Shown here: piece by piece, positions 7,972-15,356 of the stretch | Layout: each line of letters opens with the position of its first letter | Position numbering within the stretch: position 1 is the stretch's first letter | DNA from: a virus | Length of the DNA stretch: 64,000 bases | IMG/VR virus record: IMGVR_UViG_3300032298_001311 | Coordinates: 64,773-128,772 of that record | Direction: 5' to 3' (one strand) | Translations under genes and position numbers: made by a program | The notes under the pieces: model-generated | The model's database searches: none | The model's input: only the letters and a program-made list of their open reading frames with translations | What the model was told of the DNA's origin: nothing

Positions 7972-9281
7972 TTAGGTGGCTTTACTTCTTTTAGAATTTT
8001 TTCTTCTGCTGCTGCTTTTTCAGCTTCCTCTATCATTTTGTTCCAAGCATTAAGATCAGTAGGAACTTCTTCACTTGTTTCAACAACAAGATCTACTTTA
8101 GGTTCTTTCTTAACTCTTGGCTTTCTAACTGGCTTTGCTTGTTTAACAAGTTCTTCGGCAAGCTCATCTAAATCTTCAGCAAGTTTTATTTCTCTTTCAA
8201 GTATTTTGCGAGAATTTGCTTCTTCTTCAATACGTCTACGCTCTGCTTCTTCAGCAGCAATCTTCAAGCGAGAAACTTCTGCTTCGGCTTCGAGGCGTTT
8301 CATTTCTATTTCTGCTTCTTGACGCTTACGTTCTGCCCTTGCTTCGGCCTCACGTTGTTTACGTTCAGCAATAGCTTCCTCTTCCAGTCTTTGACGCTCT
8401 TCTTCGGCGGCAATTTCTTTACGCTTACGATCCGCCTTCTCTTCTTTTTCTCTTTTTATTCGTTCAGCTTCTTCTTCAGCTTCACGCTTTACACGTTCTG
8501 CTTCAACCTTTACAAACTTCTTATGTTCCGCGGCTTGTTCAAATCCTATTTGACTTGCGATAAGAAGTAGAACAGCAAGTGGATCAAACACAAAAATAAT
8601 AACAAATATCATCCATGTAACTGCTTTTTCTAATAAATTCTTATCTGGATTATCTCCATAGATCATTTGAGCGATATATTTAATTGGTCCAACTTCTGCT
8701 TCTGCTTTACGAATTTTTTGACTTAGTGGAAACTTTTCTTCGTTTAGTTTAGAAATATCTTTTTGTGCTTGATCAATTTGTTTTTGTAATTTTGTACGTT
8801 CACCTGAATTTTGTTTACGAGCAGAATTAGCACTAGAAACAGATTTAACATCAGTACCTTTTTGTAAGTATTGATTCACAACTTCATCCATACCTTTAAT
8901 TGAAGATTGTGCTGCGATCATTTCATCTTTTTTAGCTTGTATCTTCATATCAATCATATCTATTTGAGCAGCAACATCTCCAATTGGAGCGGCTTGTTCA
9001 ATATGTGCTCTAGATAAGAATCCAAAGATACCCATTGATGTAATAAACATTAGCACTAATGTTGCTACCATGAAGTAGCCTCTTAATACTTTAGGAGCAG
9101 TTTTCCAATTCTTATGTAACCAAACTGCGGTTACAAGTTTGCCTATTTCTAAACTCATACCCATAATAATAATAGGTATTGCGCTGGCTGCGAATATAGC
9201 AGCAAGTCCAGACACGGAGTAATAAATGGCGACGCTGCTGATTACCAAAGCAGTCAGCAGCGTTATTAATGCAAAAAACAA
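7911..9281 (-). CDS. Membrane protein with three to four TM helices, coiled coil and charged (E/A/R/K) tail
   Basis: Hydrophobic N-terminal helices, IFVIIFVFDPLAVLLLIA helix and EEAERRR-type low-complexity coil. Confidence 0.75.
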   Translation of the reverse strand: MFFALITLLTALVISSVAIYYSVSGLAAIFAASAIPIIIMGMSLEIGKLVTAVWLHKNWKTAPKVLRGYFMVATLVLMFITSMGIFGFLSRAHIEQAAPIGDVAAQIDMIDMKIQAKKDEMIAAQSSIKGMDEVVNQYLQKGTDVKSVSSANSARKQNSGERTKLQKQIDQAQKDISKLNEEKFPLSQKIRKAEAEVGPIKYIAQMIYGDNPDKNLLEKAVTWMIFVIIFVFDPLAVLLLIASQIGFEQAAEHKKFVKVEAERVKREAEEEAERIKREKEEKADRKRKEIAAEEERQRLEEEAIAERKQREAEARAERKRQEAEIEMKRLEAEAEVSRLKIAAEEAERRRIEEEANSRKILEREIKLAEDLDELAEELVKQAKPVRKPRVKKEPKVDLVVETSEEVPTDLNAWNKMIEEAEKAAAEEKILKEVKPPKKKEYVMMKDGTNQRRVQKN

Positions 9282-9295
9282 TTTGCTATTCTACC

Positions 9296-9961
9296 TTAAA
9301 ATGTTTCCTGTGTCATTGTATCAATGATAGCACAAGTTGTAATATCTGCCCAAACATTGGCTGGTGTGTCTGGTTGTGTAACAGTAATGTCACTATCTCT
9401 CTGCTCAATTGGAACTGGATCATATGTTCTATAACGACGAGTATATCCAGCAGCACCACCTATTGTAATACCTCTTGTAACTGCTTCTTTAATGCAAAGT
9501 GCAACCTGTGTTGCTTTATTAGCTGATGACAATGCTTCATAAGAACTTGTTGAAAGTGACGTAGCACCGTCGCTAAGTGTAGCGGCTCCGACAAGACTTT
9601 TTAAGCCGTTGAAGACATATTCCTCTTGAGAAAAACCAACTGTAAATGTTACAGAAACAGCAGTATCATCAGCAGCAGTTTCAGCAGTCGGTCCAGCCTT
9701 CATTACAGTTACGTCGAGGATTTCGCAGTTTGAAAATCTTTGTAATTCTTGTAGTATAGCGTTCCAACGGAGATTGCCTCGAGCACGACGCTTTGAATTG
9801 TTTAATGTTGTATTAAATGTTGTAAAATAATTATAATCCCAAGCTTCTACACCACCGCTATTGTTGTCTGCGGCTGTAGTGCTATAACCACTTGTATCAA
9901 TAGCGACACGGTAGTATGTTGGAGTTAGTTGATCTTGTGAATTTTGAAATCCTGATGCCAT
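9296..9961 (-). CDS. Hypothetical late (possibly virion) protein
   Basis: Thr/Ala/Ser-rich; GATAAATA plus AAGGA upstream. Confidence 0.6.
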   Translation of the reverse strand: MASGFQNSQDQLTPTYYRVAIDTSGYSTTAADNNSGGVEAWDYNYFTTFNTTLNNSKRRARGNLRWNAILQELQRFSNCEILDVTVMKAGPTAETAADDTAVSVTFTVGFSQEEYVFNGLKSLVGAATLSDGATSLSTSSYEALSSANKATQVALCIKEAVTRGITIGGAAGYTRRYRTYDPVPIEQRDSDITVTQPDTPANVWADITTCAIIDTMTQETF

Positions 9962-9990
9962 GTTCAGCGTCCTTCTTTCTATTATTTATC

Positions 9991-10401
9991 TTACCCGCGA
10001 CGACTTTTACTGCCACTTTTTGTGGGGTCGTCGCTCTTACTCATAACCATAAACGGTCCTTTGTTATACGCTTGGTCAACTAGTTTAGCCTTGTCTAAAA
10101 TAGCCTGTTGAGTAGCAGCATTTTCTTTATGTAGATTATGCATAACACCGCGCTTAAGGCCGTTAGCCTCGATGGCATTGGAAAGCGGATAATTATCCTC
10201 TACCTTAAGATCGGGTAATGCTGACTTATACTTGCCCTTAAAGGCCTTCTGTAGTGTACGTTGATTTGGATGAAGGCCGCGATCTATAAGCCATTTGTCA
10301 TGTTCGGCCGTGGCCTGTGCTAGTTTCTTGCTCTTGCTTTTCTTGTTCTTACTATTGTATTTGGTAGTGGTAAGATAAGGACCAACAAGATGCATACTCA
10401 T
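9991..10401 (-). CDS. Basic hypothetical phage protein
   Basis: 136-aa Lys-rich ORF with GGAG RBS. Confidence 0.65.
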   Translation of the reverse strand: MSMHLVGPYLTTTKYNSKNKKSKSKKLAQATAEHDKWLIDRGLHPNQRTLQKAFKGKYKSALPDLKVEDNYPLSNAIEANGLKRGVMHNLHKENAATQQAILDKAKLVDQAYNKGPFMVMSKSDDPTKSGSKSRRG

Positions 10402-10412
10402 ATATCAATCTC

Positions 10413-11207
10413 CTAGACATTGTCTAGCATGAACCACAACCCCTTCAGTTCGAGCCAAAATACCTTATAGGATGGTATCTTGCTGAGATCGTGTCCGCCA
10501 GCGTATTTTACTAGTATATTATAGACATTGAGTTGTGTCAACTTCTTACTCAAAACATCTGCTTCGTTGAATGGAACAATAGTGTCGTCCGGAGAATGGA
10601 CAATCATGGTTGGAGGATAAGCACTAGTCATTTTGAAAATTGGACTAGCATCTATATAAAGTTGTGGATTATCAAAATATGTTTGTTTTCCAAATACATC
10701 TAATCCAGCCATCACTTCTGCCATTTTTGGTTGTGTTAAGTCGCAAGGTCCAAACATATTAAGAACACAACGAACAATTGGATCTAATCCAAGCCATAAT
10801 GCTAGATGTCCGCCAGCACTATCTCCCCCTACAGCAATTCTAGCAGGATTGATTCCAAAATTTAGAGCATTAGAGTTGATCCATTCCATAGCAAGTTGGA
10901 CATCATCAAATTGCGCTGGCCAATGTGTATTTGGATCTGATGTTGCTAAAGTATAATTGAGTGCTATTACATTGAATCCAGCGAGAGCATATTTTCTCGC
11001 TCTGCCTTCGTAGACATCGTTATCGCCCGCGGCCCAACCTCCACCGTGTACAAATACAACAGTAGGATGAAGTCCTTCTTTATTGAGCAAATAGAAATCG
11101 GCTGTCTGTCTTGGCTTTGAACCATATGGAACATCTTTCTTAATAGTCCAATCTGGTTTAATAATTTTTGATAAGAGTGGTAATGTGTATGCGAATATAC
11201 TTGCCAT
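10413..11207 (-). CDS. Alpha/beta-hydrolase esterase/lipase (hormone-sensitive lipase-like)
   Basis: VHGGGW oxyanion motif, GDSAGG nucleophile elbow, D..VP and GGH. Confidence 0.88.
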   Translation of the reverse strand: MASIFAYTLPLLSKIIKPDWTIKKDVPYGSKPRQTADFYLLNKEGLHPTVVFVHGGGWAAGDNDVYEGRARKYALAGFNVIALNYTLATSDPNTHWPAQFDDVQLAMEWINSNALNFGINPARIAVGGDSAGGHLALWLGLDPIVRCVLNMFGPCDLTQPKMAEVMAGLDVFGKQTYFDNPQLYIDASPIFKMTSAYPPTMIVHSPDDTIVPFNEADVLSKKLTQLNVYNILVKYAGGHDLSKIPSYKVFWLELKGLWFMLDNV

Positions 11208-11231
11208 AGGAATCTCCTTGGCAAATACTTA

Positions 11232-11819
11232 TCAAGCAAGATATGTGCTAACGACTTTATCTGCTATGCTATATGATATTGCTTCTTCTGCGTCGAGATA
11301 TACATCTGAACTAGGCATTAGGATCTTCTTGATCTTGGCATCTGTTAGTCCGGTACAATTCTTATAATGATTAAGCATACGCTTACTAGTTAGATTATAC
11401 TCTTTTACTGCGGCTAGTAGTTCGTGTTCTTTGCCTTCAGTTCCCCAACTAAATTGATGGCTTAATATACTGGTATTTGGAGTAAGTGTTCTATGTCCTT
11501 TAGTACCAGCCATAAAAATAAGCAAGCCAGCGGAACTGATTTGCCCAAGTCCTAATGTATGTACTGGAATTCTACTGCCCATCATTATATCGATAAGTGC
11601 AAACGCAGAAGTCACATCGCCACCTGGACTATTGATTATAAGGGTAATATGCTTTGGGCGATTTTTTATGGGCATTAGACACTTTTTTAAGATAAATTCA
11701 ATAGCATCACTGGTATTAGCACTGGTGATTTCGTCATAAAGCAGGAAGATACCATGATCCTCTAGCGTGGTTAAAGACGGGTCTATTGAATCTAATAGTG
11801 AGTCTAGTTTTTTAACCAT
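11232..11819 (-). CDS. clpP: ClpP-family serine protease
   Basis: LIINSPGGDV, GLGQISSAG (Ser), SILSHQF (His) and SDVYLDAEEA (Asp). Confidence 0.88.
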   Translation of the reverse strand: MVKKLDSLLDSIDPSLTTLEDHGIFLLYDEITSANTSDAIEFILKKCLMPIKNRPKHITLIINSPGGDVTSAFALIDIMMGSRIPVHTLGLGQISSAGLLIFMAGTKGHRTLTPNTSILSHQFSWGTEGKEHELLAAVKEYNLTSKRMLNHYKNCTGLTDAKIKKILMPSSDVYLDAEEAISYSIADKVVSTYLA

Positions 11820-12092
11820 TTAGCATCCTACATCAGTGTCGTAATCATCCTCTATACTACTTATACAACTTCCGCGGAGAGAACGCAATAATTTTTGGAG
11901 AGACTCTTCATATACTGGGTCCGGATTAATGTCCTTCTTTATAGACTCTAGGATGTTTTCTAAACATATAGCATAAAAAAGTTTAGCATCACCACGTAGG
12001 AAGAATCCTGGATAATCGTCGTTAATTTGGAGTGGACCCGTTAATATCTGATCTGGAAGATGGGAGAGATCTGCGGTGATTTTCTGTATCAT
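11820..12092 (-). CDS. Hypothetical protein
   Basis: Abuts clpP; overlaps the upstream ORF by ATGA-type coupling. Confidence 0.55.
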   Translation of the reverse strand: MIQKITADLSHLPDQILTGPLQINDDYPGFFLRGDAKLFYAICLENILESIKKDINPDPVYEESLQKLLRSLRGSCISSIEDDYDTDVGC

Positions 12093-12316
12093 CTACCAAT
12101 CTCCGGTTTATTTTCTGTACATTCGTGAACTATATCAGTTCTCTTAATGCCCGGATATCTCTTTTCCATATCTTTTACTAATTCAGGCTTTTGCCATGTA
12201 AGATCTGCTCTTTTTTCAAAATCTGGTAGATACTTTGTACAAGCATCCCAATCTGGCATTGGTCCAACAACAGCAGAGACTACTCCTAAAACTTTGACTG
12301 TAAGATATGCTGACAT
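12089..12316 (-). CDS. Hypothetical protein
   Basis: AGGAG RBS; TTGACT-N17-TACACT promoter at about 12337-12365. Confidence 0.6.
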   Translation of the reverse strand: MSAYLTVKVLGVVSAVVGPMPDWDACTKYLPDFEKRADLTWQKPELVKDMEKRYPGIKRTDIVHECTENKPEIGR

Positions 12317-12361
12317 AAGATTCTCCTATTGTTAGAAGTGTAATTGATATTTTGGTATTAG

Positions 12362-12416
12362 TCAATAAAAAAGGAGCACCATTTCTGGTCTCCTTTTTTT
12401 AGCAAGCAGTTTTTAG
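12362..12416 (-). promoter_or_regulatory. Orphan ROSE-like hairpin overlapping an intrinsic terminator, with a 6-codon ORF (MVLLFY)
   Basis: TAAAAAC-TG-CTTGCT-AAAAAA-AGGAG (core 12390-12406), then ACCAGAA-ATG. The same AGGAG is the 5' arm of the terminator AGGAG-ACCA-GAAA-TGGT-G-CTCCT-TTTTT. Confidence 0.55.
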
Positions 12417-12466
12417 CTCACTATGGAGGTCTACGCCCTATGGGATCCGTAAAACACCCCGACGAA

Positions 12467-12829
12467 TCACGCTTGACGTGTAATATAGTTCAAGCGGATA
12501 TTTTGAGCTCCGAAGAACTCTTCAACAGTAGCAACTACAGTATCATTGCTAAAAGGCTTACAGGAAAAAACATCTAAATACATTGTGTTATCCCTGTCTA
12601 CCGAGTGCATGGCAATATTGGAAGTTTCAATAAGTTGAACCATACTAAAACCCGCCTTAGCCGGATCGTGAGTAGCAAAATGCTCAATAACTGGTTCGCC
12701 GTATGCAACCATATCAATACGCTTTACTAACTCTTTTGTAAAATTATAAATGTTGTCACGGCTTATAATCCCCTCGTGATTACATCCGCTACAATCCAAC
12801 ATAAGGTGATAACCCCAATACTTGCTCAT
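12467..12829 (-). CDS. speD: S-adenosylmethionine decarboxylase proenzyme-like (pyruvoyl-dependent)
   Basis: WGYHLMLDCSGC, GFSMVQLIETSNIAMH and YLDVFSCKPF. TATAAATA plus a leader hairpin lie upstream. Confidence 0.8.
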   Translation of the reverse strand: MSKYWGYHLMLDCSGCNHEGIISRDNIYNFTKELVKRIDMVAYGEPVIEHFATHDPAKAGFSMVQLIETSNIAMHSVDRDNTMYLDVFSCKPFSNDTVVATVEEFFGAQNIRLNYITRQA

Positions 12830-12907
12830 CGCATGTTGACTCCTTTAGTGTCTGTGTTCGATAAGAACAGGACAATATTTATAAAATACTATGTTACTTG
12901 AATTAAA

Positions 12908-13099
12908 TTAATCTTCTTGATTGTCTGTTTTACCAGAGATTGATTTCATTAAGTCGAGATCATAATCAATTAGTCTTGCTAGTGCTTTTACAGCATTTTC
13001 CTGACTCACACCACCGGCGATCTTATCTTTAGACCACATTACATATTTGATTAGTGCGTTAATATCGTATGCGTTGGTATCTTCTAACTTGCCTGTCAT
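12908..13099 (-). CDS. Hypothetical protein
   Basis: 63-aa ORF with GAGG RBS immediately after the tmRNA. Confidence 0.55.
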   Translation of the reverse strand: MTGKLEDTNAYDINALIKYVMWSKDKIAGGVSQENAVKALARLIDYDLDLMKSISGKTDNQED

Positions 13100-13436
13100 A
13101 TCATACCTCTGTAAGTTGCCAGATTCTGTTTCTAGGCTCTGGCGGGCCCAATGATCATGCTGCTAGAGCAATCTCAGAAGCAACGAAGTTATCGTTTGCA
13201 TTTATTAATTTTATTGCGTTAACCGAGCTTTCGCCGGACCATCTACTTCAATCTTTATACGCCTGTCGATCCTTTTTCTGGCCCATCATAAACAGATAAC
13301 ACTCTCCATACCTTCTCGGTGATCAAGCCGAGGCCTACTTCGTTGAGCCTGCGTCCAGTTGTTATCTGTTTATGGTGGACCAGCCGGGTACCGCCCCCGG
13401 GTCCAAATCGTTTTATTACATTGACATCAACAATGA
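13100..13436 (-). ncRNA. ssrA: Two-piece (circularly permuted) tmRNA, alphaproteobacterial type; tag ANDNFVASEIALAA
   Basis: Acceptor piece ends GGACCCGGGGGCGGTACCCGGCTGGTCCA-CCA (13373). An 88-nt intervening segment is closed by a TAAACAGATAAC/GTTATCTGTTTA stem. The coding piece starts GGGCCAGAAAAAGGATCGAC (13284). The 7-bp acceptor stem has a G3-U70 pair. Tag frame is 13199-13155. TATAAATA at 13442-13449. Outer ends are approximate. Confidence 0.93.
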
Positions 13437-13468
13437 TGAATTATTTATAGCAGTATATTAAAAATAAG

Positions 13469-15340
13469 TCAACCTTTACGGTTAACAAGCCCAGACTCAC
13501 ATCCTGAAGCAGATGCTGAACTTGCTGCTCCACCTTTGCAACTTTCTTCAAATTTTAAATGTAACCATCCTGTTTTGAACTGATTCATTTGAACTGTTAC
13601 AGGTAAATTTTTCCTAGCCCAATCGGCTATTTCCATTAATTTAGTAGGATTTGCAGGAAAGGCAACATCTACTACTTTTCCTTTAGCATGTTCACCACTC
13701 TCTCTATAACCACTAATAATAGAAATCATAGGATATGCTTCTTTTAAAGGCTCTAATACATTTATAGCAACAGATGATAGATTTTTAATGACCTCATCTA
13801 CTTCGGAGCCGCCTTTTCCTTTATTAATTCTATGACTACCACCTTCAACCGCTGTACCTACAAGTTGCCATAAATCAAAATTTGGTGAAAGTGGCTGAGC
13901 ATAATTAATATCTCTAAATCCCTTTGCATTTTTCCCGTCATTAGGAGGTTGTTTTATTTTACATCCACCACCGCCACCACCACTATCTTGATTTCCACCC
14001 GATTGATCACTTCCAGGAACCTTTTCAGGTGCAGCATTGAATACTTGTTCAATTAAATTAGGTGCTGCTCCTTGTATTACAGGTGCAATTTGAGGAATAA
14101 GATTTTGTAAATTTCCAGGTAACATGTTAGTTAATTGAGAAACATTAAAAAGTCCCTGTGCAACATCGGCAGGTATAAATTGGTTTAATCCAGACAATAA
14201 CATGCCGGCTGGGTTTGATAAATTCGATGGTAAAATAGGAATAGAAGGAATAGCATTTCCTCCCATTGCAGCATTAACAATTGATCCCATAGGGTTTCTA
14301 GCAAATGTATTTGCTACACCAGTTATATTAGCAGGAATAAAATTATTTAATCCAGTACTGTTTAAAGCTAACGAAACTGCTTGACTTAACGAATTTTGAT
14401 CTAAAGGTATACCTGAATTTCTAGAAGATCCGATAGATGTCTGTAAAACAGACAAGAATTGCGAAACACTTCCAGCATTCATAGTTTGATTATTCATTAC
14501 TCCGGAAGTTATAGAAGATAGTTGTTGTAATGCTTGTTGTGGTATACCAATTGACGGTAATATAGAACGTAAAGCATTATTAGCAACGTAGCTAATAGCG
14601 TTTCCACCAACCATATTCATTAAACCATTTAAATTAAATGCAGTTACATTAGGAACTCCGGTTAAAAGATTTGGAGGTATAAATGATTTTAATCCTGTAG
14701 GTAAATTATTCATAAAATTGCCTAATATTTCATTAGGTATATTTTGAAGTAATTGTTCCATAGCTGGCATTTGTGTAGATATATTTTTAGCTACAGCACC
14801 AAGTGATGGTACAAGATCATCTGGTAAACTACCCGGGTCTGCCATATCACCACATCCTGAACTTCCTCCTTCGCTATCCATACTTTTTACACCTAAATGT
14901 TTCATAGGTTGATGTTTATTACCTTTTTTAATTCTTTCAATAGCTTTTCTAGGTTCTTTAAGTTCCTTTTTCTTTTTATATTGTCCCTGTTGTCTTTCAG
15001 TTTCTTCGGTATCTGGTTGTGCAGGTTCTGCTTTCTCTTCGGAAGGCTTGCTATCTCCTTCTTGTCCACCGCCTGATTCGGGAGTTTGTCCAAATCCTTC
15101 TGGTGGTGGTTCGACTTTATTAGGCCATTTTCCTCCACTGATCGGTGGATAAACAGCATTTGGATTAAAAGGAACCAATCTACCGAATCCATTTGCACTA
15201 GTATTAGCATTTGTAAATGATCCACTAGATCCAGAAAAACCTGACGAATTAATTGGTTGATTATTAATCCATGATGACGGAGATGATGAAGTTGTTGCTC
15301 CTGTAGTAGCAAAAGTTCTTACTCCAAATACTCCAGCCAT
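13469..15340 (-). CDS. Probable baseplate/tail protein with C-terminal peptidase M15A-like domain
   Basis: NLSSVAINVLEPLKEAY..IISGYR....EHAKGKVVDV...GWLHL; central Pro/Asn/Leu/Gly quasi-repeats. Confidence 0.7.
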   Translation of the reverse strand: MAGVFGVRTFATTGATTSSSPSSWINNQPINSSGFSGSSGSFTNANTSANGFGRLVPFNPNAVYPPISGGKWPNKVEPPPEGFGQTPESGGGQEGDSKPSEEKAEPAQPDTEETERQQGQYKKKKELKEPRKAIERIKKGNKHQPMKHLGVKSMDSEGGSSGCGDMADPGSLPDDLVPSLGAVAKNISTQMPAMEQLLQNIPNEILGNFMNNLPTGLKSFIPPNLLTGVPNVTAFNLNGLMNMVGGNAISYVANNALRSILPSIGIPQQALQQLSSITSGVMNNQTMNAGSVSQFLSVLQTSIGSSRNSGIPLDQNSLSQAVSLALNSTGLNNFIPANITGVANTFARNPMGSIVNAAMGGNAIPSIPILPSNLSNPAGMLLSGLNQFIPADVAQGLFNVSQLTNMLPGNLQNLIPQIAPVIQGAAPNLIEQVFNAAPEKVPGSDQSGGNQDSGGGGGGCKIKQPPNDGKNAKGFRDINYAQPLSPNFDLWQLVGTAVEGGSHRINKGKGGSEVDEVIKNLSSVAINVLEPLKEAYPMISIISGYRESGEHAKGKVVDVAFPANPTKLMEIADWARKNLPVTVQMNQFKTGWLHLKFEESCKGGAASSASASGCESGLVNRKG

Positions 15341-15356
15341 TTACTTACTCCTTTTA

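Noticed and set aside
12400-12466. Possible SAM-II/SAM-V riboswitch near speD (GCTAAAAA tract)
   Set aside because: It lies 3' of the gene and lacks the UGAUUU/AAAUGUAG pairing; better explained by the ROSE-like motif.
13069-13299. Plus-strand 76-aa ORF in the track
   Set aside because: It is the antisense shadow of the tmRNA coding piece, with no RBS or family motif.
14202-15312. Alternative-frame ORFs inside the 623-aa gene, and similar nested ORFs in dnaK, nrdA and fadAB
   Set aside because: No RBS or motif; expected by chance in low-complexity or biased sequence.
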